A stretch of DNA of 42,504 nt from an uncultured Prevotella sp. (lineage in GTDB: Bacteria > Bacillota > Clostridia > Christensenellales > UBA1242), in contig CAYJJH010000002.1 of NCBI GenBank assembly GCA_964370495.1, positions 1 to 42,504 of the forward strand. Reading direction: 5' to 3'. Shown one piece after another: positions 1 to 10,325 of this stretch. Positions within the stretch are counted from its first letter, which is position 1, and every line of letters starts with the position of its first letter. The notes under the pieces were generated by a model. It was given only the letters and a program-made list of their open reading frames with translations. It did not search any database and had not been told where the DNA came from. The translations under genes and the position numbers were made by a program.

Positions 1-57
1 CGACAAAATCGTCCAAATGTTTGAAGACTGCATCAATGAAAGTAAATAAAATTTATA

Positions 58-816
58 TTATCTGTTTTTATAGTAAACTATAATATCTTCATCTGCTGGT
101 TCGGTTTTAACGTCTTCATACATTTCATCAAATGTACTCCATTTAACAGATCCAGCAACACGAAAAGAGGTATCAAAACCTTTTAATACTTCGTCATAAC
201 TTTCACTTATATACTTATCATTATCAATTGTCATTTTTGCGAAATCATTAAAAAAATTCAAGACGCCCACATGAAAATGCCCAACACTGTTTGAAAAATG
301 TACTTTTTCTAGATTTGTAAAATCTGCTGAATTAAAAACCCCGTCTTGCAAAGATATATTTTTATATACATTATCTTTATCTCCATCTATTACAACAACA
401 CTTTCATTTATAGCAGGCCCAGTATAATCATTGTACTGATACAATCTATCCCAATATGAATATTCATATTCTACATAATCAAAATCCTCACTTGTTAAAA
501 CTTTTGCATATTGAGCATATAATTCCACATCCTCTGTTACCTTAAATGGGAAAGTAACAGGTTCTGTGCTGAAATCTTTTGATAAATAATATGCAAATAT
601 AATTACATCTTCTTCAATATAAGAATTTAATTTTGCATCTTCTTTTGTAATACTCATGCCACTTTCTATGGTTTCAGAGAACATAACACTTGATGCCTCA
701 TCATAAAATTTAACAGTTGCTTCATTTTTTATAAGCATAATCGGCAAGATAATTGCAAGCGCTAGCGCCACTACTACTCCGCCAATAATCAATGAAAGTT
801 TTAATGTTTTTGTCAT
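58..816 (-). CDS. membrane-anchored hypothetical protein (N-terminal TM helix, extracytoplasmic body)
   Basis: 252-aa ORF with one N-terminal hydrophobic helix (LSLIIGGVVVALALAIILPIMLI). An AAGGGA SD-like element lies upstream of the ATG. The first soluble module (TVKFYDE...VELYAQYA) faintly resembles a Listeria-Bacteroides / InlB B-type repeat. No confident family assignment. Confidence 0.55.
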   Translation of the reverse strand: MTKTLKLSLIIGGVVVALALAIILPIMLIKNEATVKFYDEASSVMFSETIESGMSITKEDAKLNSYIEEDVIIFAYYLSKDFSTEPVTFPFKVTEDVELYAQYAKVLTSEDFDYVEYEYSYWDRLYQYNDYTGPAINESVVVIDGDKDNVYKNISLQDGVFNSADFTNLEKVHFSNSVGHFHVGVLNFFNDFAKMTIDNDKYISESYDEVLKGFDTSFRVAGSVKWSTFDEMYEDVKTEPADEDIIVYYKNR

Positions 817-839
817 AATAATTTTTCCCTTTTATATTC

Positions 840-1337
840 TTATTGCAGTTTAGTTCCACATTTTTTACAGAAGTTATCTTTTGAATCATTTAGATGATTA
901 CATTTTTTGCATTTAATTAAAAGCTTAGTTCCACAGTTGCCACAAAACTCTTCATCTTTTTCAATTTTATTTTTACAGTTTGGACAATTGTTTCCGACAA
1001 CTTCATCTGCTAAATTTGCAGCATAACCTGATATTAAAATTTTAAATCCTAAACTTGAAATTGAAGATCCGATTCCTGTAATCAAAGCAAATGGAATAAT
1101 TAACACAAACGGCACAATTAATCTTGCAGAAAATCCAAAACCAGTACTTGAAAATCCATCAGCTCCAGCCGTTGCAAATAAAACAAAACATGTAAAGAGG
1201 CCTATGCCACCAATAATAGCAATAGGCAATCCAATTGATAATAATTTTTTTCTTAATTTTTTAGCCCTTTCACTGTTCGCAATATTACTTACATCTTTAT
1301 TAAGGCTTACTATTTCATTTCTTAAGTTATTAAACAT
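840..1337 (-). CDS. double zinc-ribbon membrane protein
   Basis: 165-aa ORF with an AGGAG SD upstream. It has three central hydrophobic helices. The C-terminus carries two CxxC...CxxC zinc ribbons (CPNCKNK..CGNCGTKL and CKKCNH..CKKCGTKL). Confidence 0.7.
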   Translation of the reverse strand: MFNNLRNEIVSLNKDVSNIANSERAKKLRKKLLSIGLPIAIIGGIGLFTCFVLFATAGADGFSSTGFGFSARLIVPFVLIIPFALITGIGSSISSLGFKILISGYAANLADEVVGNNCPNCKNKIEKDEEFCGNCGTKLLIKCKKCNHLNDSKDNFCKKCGTKLQ

Positions 1338-1387
1338 TATTAATCTCCTATTCTAAATTAACTGTACCATAGAAATACGAATTATGC

Positions 1388-1422
1388 AAAATAATAAAAA
1401 TGTTACGGACCTGACCGTAACA
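1388..1422 (-). terminator. intrinsic terminator downstream of tRNA-Arg
   Basis: Perfect 8-bp stem TGTTACGG / CCGTAACA (1401-1408 and 1415-1422) with a 6-nt loop. On the minus strand it is followed by TTTTTATTATTTT. Confidence 0.6.
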
Positions 1423-1430
1423 TAGTTTTT

Positions 1431-1507
1431 TGGTGCACCCCGTAGGATTTGAACCTACAACCGACTGGTTCGAAGCCAGTTACTCTATCCAGTTGAGCCA
1501 GGGGTGC
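1431..1507 (-). tRNA. tRNA-Arg, anticodon UCG, CCA encoded
   Basis: The reverse complement folds as a cloverleaf: acceptor GCACCCC/GGGGTGC, D-stem GCTC/GAGT, anticodon stem ACTGG/CCAGT, anticodon loop CTTCGAA (anticodon TCG), T-arm GTAGG-TTCAAAT-CCTAC, discriminator A, then CCA. Length 77 nt. Confidence 0.9.
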
Positions 1508-1515
1508 GTATCACA

Positions 1516-1544
1516 ATTATACAAAAAACACCCTGCAATCGCAA
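1516..1544 (-). promoter_or_regulatory. sigma-A-like promoter for tRNA-Arg, embedded in the upstream terminator hairpin
   Basis: Minus strand: TTGCGA (1544-1539), 17-nt spacer, TATAAT (1521-1516), then 8 nt to the mature tRNA 5' end at 1507. Confidence 0.45.
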
Positions 1545-1550
1545 GGTGTT
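1519..1550 (-). terminator. intrinsic terminator of the DUF378 gene
   Basis: Minus-strand hairpin AACACCTTGC-GATT-GCAGGGTGTT (10 bp with one mismatch) followed by TTTTTTGT. It lies 26 nt after the stop codon at 1576. Confidence 0.55.
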
Positions 1551-1575
1551 TTAATATTATATACTAAATTTAAAA

Positions 1576-1803
1576 CTATGCTTCTTTATTTTTCATCATA
1601 GTTCGGGCCATTACTGTAATTATCAATACTAATGCAGATACACCGATAATTGAATACATAATTCTACCAAACGCACTTATTGGATCACCAAACATCATAA
1701 GCATAAGGTCCATTCCGAATAAACCCGCAATAAGATAGTTTAATCCACCTATCAATAAAATCACAAAAGCTATTGCATTTATCCACTTCATACTATTTTT
1801 CAT
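1576..1803 (-). CDS. DUF378-family small membrane protein
   Basis: 75 aa with two TM helices and the pattern LLIGGLNYLIAGLFGMDL typical of DUF378 (YuzA-like). A strong SD (AAGGGGGG) precedes the ATG. Confidence 0.75.
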   Translation of the reverse strand: MKNSMKWINAIAFVILLIGGLNYLIAGLFGMDLMLMMFGDPISAFGRIMYSIIGVSALVLIITVMARTMMKNKEA

Positions 1804-1841
1804 ATTCCCCCCTTGATTTATATTGTGCAGAATATAATAAA

Positions 1842-2954
1842 TTATTCAATTCTATCTCTTAGCTTCCTGTGATAGGTAATTCCAAATCGATGTGCCTCGT
1901 CCCGTATTCTTTGTAATAATCTAAGCGCATAGCTTCGCACTGGCAGAACAATGGGTTCATCTTGGTCCGTAGTATAAATAAGTTCAAACTTCTTAGCCAA
2001 ACTTATAAACTTAATATCGCCGCTTTTTTCAACAGCCGAAAGTTGCCCTTTACCACCGTCAATAATAATAAGATCGGGTTTTCCCCACTCTGTATGTTTT
2101 AACCTGCGCCTCAACACTTCGTTTAACGAAAGAAAGTCATTATTTCCTTCTCCGTGTTTTATTCTAAATTTACGATAAAATTTTTTATCTGGTGCTCCAT
2201 CAATAAAAACGGACATAGATCCAACCATCTTTTCCCCATCAGTATGTGAGATATCAAAACATTCTATTCGTCTTGGCACTTTTTGCATACCCAAAATTTC
2301 ACCCAACTCCCTGCACGCACCCAGCGTGAATGCATCTGCTTCCTCGGCTGTGGCTTGAACTCTTTGTCTTGTTTTCAATCTTTGAATCATATACAAGGTA
2401 TTACGATAAGCAATAGCTAATTCGAATTGTTGCATCTCGCTGGCTTTGTTCATTCTGTTTGTCATTATCTCTATTACTTCGGGGTAACGCTTGCCCTTCA
2501 AAAATTCTTCGGCTTTGATTGGGTCGTTAGCATAAACGCTTCGAATTATATCCATTAACGGCCCCGCAAATATACCATTAAAATATGGGCCATAATGCCT
2601 ACCCTTCTTTTTGGTATCTCTTACTATCTCTATTATATTTTCATCAATTCTTATATAAGGAAATTTTTTATCATCTCTTAATTGTATATTGTACTTAGGT
2701 TTATGTTTATTTACTAAATTAGCTTCTAAAAATAAAGCATCATTTTCAGAATTAAGAACAAACCATTCAAAATCAGATATCATTGATATCATAGCCGTAG
2801 TCTTATCATCATGTGCACCTTTGAAATATGAAGACACACGGTTCTTTAAATTCTTGGCTTTTCCGATGTAAATAATATTGCCGCCAATGTCTTTCATTAC
2901 ATAGACGCCAGGCGATGAAGGTAGGTTTTTTATCTTATCTATAATATTATTCAT
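1842..2954 (-). CDS. uvrC: excinuclease ABC subunit C, short form lacking the C-terminal (HhH)2 domain
   Basis: GIY-YIG motifs are present (PGVYVMKD..IIYIGKAKNLKNRVSSYF, E..N). A UVR-like helix (MQQFELAIAYRNTLYMIQRL) follows. The RNase H-like endonuclease motifs are also present (FDISH, IIDGGKGQL, RDEAHRF). Only 370 aa. Confidence 0.85.
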   Translation of the reverse strand: MNNIIDKIKNLPSSPGVYVMKDIGGNIIYIGKAKNLKNRVSSYFKGAHDDKTTAMISMISDFEWFVLNSENDALFLEANLVNKHKPKYNIQLRDDKKFPYIRIDENIIEIVRDTKKKGRHYGPYFNGIFAGPLMDIIRSVYANDPIKAEEFLKGKRYPEVIEIMTNRMNKASEMQQFELAIAYRNTLYMIQRLKTRQRVQATAEEADAFTLGACRELGEILGMQKVPRRIECFDISHTDGEKMVGSMSVFIDGAPDKKFYRKFRIKHGEGNNDFLSLNEVLRRRLKHTEWGKPDLIIIDGGKGQLSAVEKSGDIKFISLAKKFELIYTTDQDEPIVLPVRSYALRLLQRIRDEAHRFGITYHRKLRDRIE

Positions 2955-2982
2955 TGTCAGTTGGGTATAAATAGTATATCCT
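2954..2982 (+). promoter_or_regulatory. sigma-A-like promoter positioned for a leaderless ftsH transcript
   Basis: TTGTCA (2954-2959), 17 nt, TATCCT (2977-2982), 7 nt, ATG at 2990. No SD lies between. The -35 overlaps the uvrC start codon. Confidence 0.4.
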
Positions 2983-5282
2983 ATAAAGTATGAATAAACA
3001 ACAAAATAAAAAGAAGAGTAATAATATTGTATGGATAATTTTAGCAGCTATCCTTATTATTTTTCTTGTACAAATTGGTATGGCACCAGCAGCAAAACCA
3101 ACAATAAGTTTGGATACTTTCTATGAAAAAATTGGAGCAGACGCCAGAGATACAGATGGCAATATCACCTTTGACCCTGCAAACAACCAAATCCAAGGTA
3201 TATATGGACAAGGGTCAACTTTCTATATTATATATGAAGCAGATTTCACAAAACTTACATTAGAGCAACAACAAGCAATAAATGAAAATCCAGGATTAAT
3301 TAAAACTTATGCATCTGTAACTTTATATGATTCAACAAACATCGTTCCAAACATAGTCGCTGAATATCTTTTAGTTGATAATACATTAATTTATGTCTCT
3401 GCACCACTACCTGTGTCTTGGACAGATTATGTTATTCAATTTATTTATCTAATATTAATTCTTGGTGTTTTATTTATGGTATGGCGTGGCTTATCCGGAA
3501 GAAATGGATTATCTGCCATGACACAAAACCGTGCTACCGTAGTATTTAATGGACCAACACGATTTACAGATGTTGCAGGTATCGAAGAAGAAAAAGAACA
3601 AGTCGCTGAAATCGTAGATTTTCTTAAATCACCAAAAAAATATATTGATATGGGTGCAAGAATACCAAAGGGTGTATTACTTGTAGGTGCTCCTGGAACG
3701 GGTAAAACATTACTTGCAAAAGCTATTGCGGGCGAAGCCGGCGTTCCATTCTTCTCTTTATCCGGAAGTGATTTCTCTGAAATGATTGTTGGTGTAGGGC
3801 CAGCAAGAATGCGTGATTTATTTGAACAAGCAAAAGCTAATGCGCCTGCTATTATATTCCTTGATGAAATTGATTCCATAGCAAGAATGCGTGGGGTTGG
3901 GACATCAGGGGTTGCAGAAGAAAACGAACAAACACTTAACCAGCTTCTTGTTCAAATGGATGGATTTTCTAAATCCGAAGGTGTTATAGTTTTCGCCGCA
4001 ACCAACAGACCAGATATACTAGATCCAGCAATTTTACGTCCAGGCAGATTTGACCGTCAAATCGTTGTTCAGATGCCAGATGTAAAAGGAAGAGAGCAAA
4101 TATTACGTGTACATGCAAAAAACAAACCATTGAGTGATGATGTAGATCTTAACCGTGTTGCAAAAATCACAAGTGGTTTCTCTGGTGCTGATCTTGAAAA
4201 CCTTCTTAACGAGGGCGCAATTATATCAGCAAAAGACAATAGAAACAAAATCTCAATGCAAGACCTACTGGAAGCATTAAATAAAGTCCTTCTTGGTCCA
4301 CAAAAGAAATCAAGAATTATTACAGATAAAGACAAAAAGATTACTGCCTATCATGAAGCGGGTCACGCTATTATATCCAAGGTATTAATGCCAGATCAAA
4401 CCGTACAAGAAATATCAATAATCCCAAGAGGCATGGCGGCTGGTTATACCCTTACAAATGATCAAGATAATGAACATCACCACCAAAGCCTAAGTCTACT
4501 TAAAAATAAAATTGTTATGCTACTTGGTGGACGATGCGCAGAGGAATTATTCCTTGGTGATATATGCACCGGTGCATCTAATGATATAAAGGTAGCAACA
4601 AACCTTGCTGAAAGTATGGTTACAAAATGGGGAATGAGCGAAAAGCTTGGACCACTGTTCTATGGTAAAGAAGACGAAATGGCACTTAGATTATATAATA
4701 GTAAACAAGTAAGTGAATCATTACAATCTGTTATTGACTCTGAAATAAAAACATTGGTTACAGATGCATTAGCAAAATGTAAAAAAGTACTTTCAGAGCA
4801 TTCAGCTAAAGTAAAAGTTATGGCTAATGTATTATTATCAAATGAAACAATTTACGCTGACGATATCGAACTTATTATGAGAGGCGACAAAGAACAAGAC
4901 ATAATCAACAAGATAACAGAAAGACAACAAACCGAAATAAAAATGGCAAACGACAACCGAGCAAATGCACTTGTGGAAAAGTTAACTCCTATACTTGAGC
5001 GCTCTATGGAAATAGCGCTTCTACATAAAGAAGAAAAACTTGTAACACAAGAGCATATTACAAAGTTAGAAGAAAATATTAAGCTTGCTAAAGACTATGC
5101 TCAAAAAACGATGGAGATGCCACCTATCCCTACTATCGACTTCAAATCACTTGAAGAATACCCCGCTATGATCAAAACTAAATTAGGCACAGAAGATAAA
5201 CCAAAAGAAACAGAAAAGGCAACTAAGCCTCAACCTAAGACAAGAAAGAAAACAACCAAGTCCAAGGATAAGGAAGAAAAAA

Positions 5283-6633
<1,351 letters not shown>

Positions 6634-7575
6634 TTAATTTTTATTTAATATTGATTTAATCTCGTATATAATATCGCCAGCTTGATAATTTATATTCCCC
6701 ACCCGTTTAAGTAATAGCGAACGCATATAAAACATCCAAGCTATCATAAATAAAACACCAGTTAATACAAACATTATAGTAGTATATATTGCAAGTCTCC
6801 AAGAAATGGTAACTATTGATATAACCAACGACATAGCCGCAAACAACAAAAACAACATAGCATAGACTTTTGAACCTGAATTTTCTCTGCCGTGATCTCT
6901 TGGGGCTACATAATTTTCTTGTCTTCTTTTTAATGTAGCTTCTCTTTGCTTTTGTTCTTCAACCGAATATTCACTGCTATACCAAAGTTCTTTAACTTCC
7001 CAACCTACCCAATTGTTCATTGTGCGCATATATTTATTTTTTGCAGGATTAGACTTTAATACATCAACCACATCAGATGTATAAAGTTCTGCATTTACAA
7101 TACCATTAAAGTATCCATCAAGTAAGAACATTTCAGATGCAAATCTTGTCATTCTGTCTGACATTAATGCTTTCTTTTTCTTCCATCCTGTAAATTCTCT
7201 AAACCCATAAATTATTGGAGCCTTGCTTTCTTTCTGCTCTTTTACCATACGTTCAAATAATCCAGCAGGATTAAATAAATCGATATCTGCTGTCATTACA
7301 ATATTACCCGTAGCAACCGAGAAACCAGCGGTAACAGCAGCATGTTTCCCAAATCTTCCGTTAAGTGTTACAACTCTAAGATTTCTATATTTCTTTGCAT
7401 AATTAATTAAAATCAATCTTGATTCATCTGTACTACCATCATCAACAGCAATAATTTCCCAATCCATATTCATCTTGGTACGGATATTTTCAAGATCATC
7501 TATATATTTAATAAGAACATCTTTAAGATATAATTGCTCATTATATATCGGCAAAATTAATGATACGGTCCCCAT
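6634..7575 (-). CDS. family 2 glycosyltransferase with C-terminal TM helices (GtrB/CsbB-like polyprenyl-phosphate glycosyltransferase)
   Basis: LPIYNE...AVDDGSTDES...TADIDL GT2 motifs plus two C-terminal hydrophobic helices. Confidence 0.8.
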   Translation of the reverse strand: MGTVSLILPIYNEQLYLKDVLIKYIDDLENIRTKMNMDWEIIAVDDGSTDESRLILINYAKKYRNLRVVTLNGRFGKHAAVTAGFSVATGNIVMTADIDLFNPAGLFERMVKEQKESKAPIIYGFREFTGWKKKKALMSDRMTRFASEMFLLDGYFNGIVNAELYTSDVVDVLKSNPAKNKYMRTMNNWVGWEVKELWYSSEYSVEEQKQREATLKRRQENYVAPRDHGRENSGSKVYAMLFLLFAAMSLVISIVTISWRLAIYTTIMFVLTGVLFMIAWMFYMRSLLLKRVGNINYQAGDIIYEIKSILNKN

Positions 7576-7581
7576 ACCTAT

Positions 7582-7611
7582 ATAATACCCCTACAAGCCA
7601 AATTAACGCAA
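7582..7611 (-). promoter_or_regulatory. sigma-A-like promoter positioned for a leaderless GT2-gap transcript
   Basis: Minus strand: TTGCGT (7611-7606), 18 nt, TATTAT (7587-7582), 6 nt, ATG at 7575. Confidence 0.35.
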
Positions 7612-7618
7612 ATTGTTT

Positions 7619-7646
7619 TTGCATAATATATTTTAGTATGTATAAT
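7619..7646 (+). promoter_or_regulatory. sigma-A-like promoter positioned for a leaderless fba transcript
   Basis: TTGCAT (7619-7624), 16 nt, TATAAT (7641-7646), 6 nt (AATTTT), ATG at 7653. No SD. Confidence 0.5.
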
Positions 7647-7652
7647 AATTTT

Positions 7653-8576
7653 ATGGACAAAAACACCGCAAAAGAGCTTTTTGATTGGGCGGAGAAAAAC
7701 AAAAGAGCAATAATAGCATTTAATATTTCAAATATGGAAACCATCAAAGGAATTACAAACGCACTTGAAAATTTGCAATGCCCTGCAATTTTACAGGTTT
7801 CAGCAGGTGCCAGAAAATATACTGGTACAAAATACTTGCGCGCCTTATTTGATACAGCAAAGGAAATGTCAACTGTGCCACTGGTTTTACATTTAGACCA
7901 CGGAGATACATTTGAATTATGTAAGGACTGCATAGACAATGGGTTTGATTCTGTTATGATAGATGGCAGTCATTTAGATTTCGAAGACAATATCGCACTT
8001 ACAAAAAAGGTCGTTGATTATGCACATAAACATAATGTTTTGGTAGAAGGCGAGCTTGGTCAAATATGCGGAATAGAAGATGATATAAATGTAACAGACA
8101 GTAAATATACAGACCCAGAAATGGCAAAAGAATTCGTAGAAAGAACAGGCGTAGACAGTTTAGCTATTTCTATTGGAACCTGCCATGGTGCATATAAATA
8201 CGCAGTTGGCAGTACCCCAGTTTTACGAATGGATATATTAGAAGAAATTCATAAACTTATTCCTAATACCCCACTGGTTTTACATGGTGCATCTTCGGTT
8301 ACACCGGAATATGTATCACGCATAAATGAATTTGGTGGAAAAATAGAAAACGCTCTTGGCATCCATGAAAGTGCAATTGCAAAAACTATTGATTTTGGCG
8401 TAAGAAAAATAAACATAGACAGCGATGTACGGCTGGCCGTTACATCTACTATAAGAAAATATTTCCATGATAATACTTCTGTATTTGATCCACGCAGTTA
8501 TCTTAAAGAGGCAATGAAAGAAGTAACCAAACTGGCCGAAGAAAAATTAAAATTTTATACAGTTCCAAGAGAATAA
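7653..8576 (+). CDS. fba: class II fructose-1,6-bisphosphate aldolase
   Basis: MDKNTAKELF..AIIAFN, LHLDHG and GTCHGAYK motifs. I trimmed the start from the track ORF (7560) to the ATG at 7653, because the upstream extension overlaps the GT2 start and the promoter. Confidence 0.9.
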   Translation: MDKNTAKELFDWAEKNKRAIIAFNISNMETIKGITNALENLQCPAILQVSAGARKYTGTKYLRALFDTAKEMSTVPLVLHLDHGDTFELCKDCIDNGFDSVMIDGSHLDFEDNIALTKKVVDYAHKHNVLVEGELGQICGIEDDINVTDSKYTDPEMAKEFVERTGVDSLAISIGTCHGAYKYAVGSTPVLRMDILEEIHKLIPNTPLVLHGASSVTPEYVSRINEFGGKIENALGIHESAIAKTIDFGVRKINIDSDVRLAVTSTIRKYFHDNTSVFDPRSYLKEAMKEVTKLAEEKLKFYTVPRE

Positions 8577-8592
8577 ACTTTAAAATTATTGT

Positions 8593-8621
8593 TTGATTAA
8601 AAACAAGCATAGTTTTATACT
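8593..8621 (+). promoter_or_regulatory. sigma-A-like promoter positioned for a leaderless small-ORF transcript
   Basis: TTGATT (8593-8598), 17 nt, TATACT (8616-8621), 7 nt, ATG at 8629. Confidence 0.45.
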
Positions 8622-8628
8622 GCATAGT

Positions 8629-8817
8629 ATGGAACAAATGATGGAGAAAAGACGATGTCTTAATGCCGAATTGTTTATACAAGAAAATTATAAAGTAGAT
8701 TTTGATAAAGGATTTTTTGAATTTTGCAAAGAGAAAGAATCTTTTGATGAAATATCAAGAACTATGTTAGAAAGAAAAGGATGTTACCAATTTAATGATG
8801 AAAAAGTTATGGGCTAA
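8629..8817 (+). CDS. hypothetical small protein (62 aa from ATG 8629; the track ORF starts at TTG 8593)
   Basis: Open frame only; no recognisable family. The start was chosen because the promoter geometry points at ATG 8629. Confidence 0.35.
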   Translation: MEQMMEKRRCLNAELFIQENYKVDFDKGFFEFCKEKESFDEISRTMLERKGCYQFNDEKVMG

Positions 8818-9046
8818 AATTATTATTGATTACAAAGTTGTACGCAGTTTGGTAATTGAAATAGATGATGAAAAATTCGACAGCGAACTTATACGTATAT
8901 GCGAAGGGTTACAAATTCCTACGCCCATAATAACAGCTTGTCAAAAACAAAGTTTTTTCGAATACAACATATTAAAATTAAAGCAGCGTGATTTCGTAGA
9001 AACTATACACTTTGATATATTGGAATTTAATGTTATTATAGACTAG
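8795..9046 (+). CDS. hypothetical small protein (83 aa), overlapping the previous ORF by 23 nt in the +1 frame
   Basis: Open frame whose stop abuts the mnmE start (TAG ATG). A weak AAAGGA lies 12-13 nt upstream. No recognisable family. Confidence 0.45.
   Translation: MMKKLWAKIIIDYKVVRSLVIEIDDEKFDSELIRICEGLQIPTPIITACQKQSFFEYNILKLKQRDFVETIHFDILEFNVIID
9012..9039 (+). promoter_or_regulatory. extended -10 sigma-A-like promoter positioned for a leaderless mnmE-mnmG transcript
   Basis: TTGATA (9012-9017), 16 nt, TGtTATTAT (9031-9039), 7 nt, ATG at 9047. Confidence 0.45.
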
Positions 9047-10324
9047 ATGAAAACTATTGTTGGGATCGCAACCCCACAGGGTGCAGGAGGCATAGGAATA
9101 ATAAGAATATCCGGCGAAGATGCGCTTGATATTACATCTAAAATGTTTTCAGAAAAATTGATTCCAAGGCATGCAACATTAGGGCAAATAAACGGCAAAG
9201 GTTTTAAAGACACGGGCATAGCGATTTATTTCCAAGCACCAAACAGCTATACGGGCGAAGATGTTGTAGAAATTCAATCTCATGGCGGATATCATCTTGT
9301 AAATAAAATACTTGAAACCGCTATCTCTTGCGGAGCTACACTTGCAGAACCCGGGGAATTTACAAAGACTGCTCTGCTTAATGGCAAGATGACACTTAGC
9401 GAAGCAGAAAATATTATAGACATAATCAATGCAGAATCTGATCTTGAATTAACCAACAGCACAAAGGTAATGTCGGGTGAGCTTCATAATTTGTTATCTA
9501 AAATTCAAGAAGAACTTATTTCAATTCGGGCAGAGATCTATGCATATCTTGATTACCCCGAAGATTTAGAATCCCCAGACATTCCCGTTGCCAGAGTGCA
9601 TACAATAATCAAACAAATTGAAAACTTATTATCCACGGCGTCCAGGGGACAAATAATAAAAAATGGAATAAAGGTAGCCTTTCTTGGGGAACCAAATGCC
9701 GGCAAAAGCAGTATCTTTAATGCCCTGCTTGGAGACAATCGAAGCATAGTAACAAACATAGCGGGCACAACAACAGACATAATAACTGAAACGATATTAC
9801 ATAAAGGAATAAAAATAAACTTCATAGACACAGCAGGACTTAGAAAAGGTGATCTATCCGTAATTGAACAACACGGAATAGATAGAACAAAAACCGTAAT
9901 GAATTCGGCTGATATATTGTTAATTATAATTGATGCAACCACAATGAATACTGTATCTTTCCCAAACCACAAAAAACATATCAAGGTCTATAATAAATCT
10001 GATCTTGTTAAGACAAAGCAAAAAGATGGCATATGCGTCTCTGCAAAAACAAAAGCTAATCTAGATAAAATCTTAGATGAAGTTGTCCATTTAGCAATGG
10101 ACACAACGGTATCAAGTGATGTTTTAATGCTAACAAACAAACGACATATAACAGAGCTTGAAAAAGCTTTGAATGTATTATCACAAATTACACAATCAAT
10201 GGAACTGGACAAAATGAGTGCAGATATAACAACTGCACTTGAACATATTGGAAAAATAACAGGGGCAGATATAGATGAAAGAACGCTAGACGAAATTTTT
10301 TCTAAATTCTGTTTGGGGAAATAA
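9047..10324 (+). CDS. mnmE: tRNA modification GTPase MnmE
   Basis: N-terminal IATPQGAGGIGIIRISG, G1 GEPNAGKSS, G3 DTAG, G4 NKSD and the C-terminal FCLGK motif. 425 aa. Confidence 0.95.
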   Translation: MKTIVGIATPQGAGGIGIIRISGEDALDITSKMFSEKLIPRHATLGQINGKGFKDTGIAIYFQAPNSYTGEDVVEIQSHGGYHLVNKILETAISCGATLAEPGEFTKTALLNGKMTLSEAENIIDIINAESDLELTNSTKVMSGELHNLLSKIQEELISIRAEIYAYLDYPEDLESPDIPVARVHTIIKQIENLLSTASRGQIIKNGIKVAFLGEPNAGKSSIFNALLGDNRSIVTNIAGTTTDIITETILHKGIKINFIDTAGLRKGDLSVIEQHGIDRTKTVMNSADILLIIIDATTMNTVSFPNHKKHIKVYNKSDLVKTKQKDGICVSAKTKANLDKILDEVVHLAMDTTVSSDVLMLTNKRHITELEKALNVLSQITQSMELDKMSADITTALEHIGKITGADIDERTLDEIFSKFCLGK

Positions 10325-10325
10325 T

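Noticed and set aside
1-57. Possible 3' end of a plus-strand gene at the left edge. Frame 2 ends with TAA at 47-49, and frame 3 is also open across the region.
   Set aside because: Too short, and two frames are open, so neither the gene nor its product can be supported.
7560-7652. N-terminal extensions offered by the ORF track: fba (7560), the gerC-like ORF (16209), the membrane ORF (17193), U32 (23002) and secA (GTG 30197).
   Set aside because: Each extension overlaps the neighbouring gene or its promoter and adds residues that do not match the family N-terminus. The internal ATGs at 7653, 16257, 17109, 23038 and 30203 fit homology and the signals better.
8876-8882. Reverse-orientation Spo0A box (TTCGACA) inside the 83-aa ORF upstream of mnmE.
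   Set aside because: It is a single intragenic heptamer with no sporulation gene context, which is compatible with chance occurrence.
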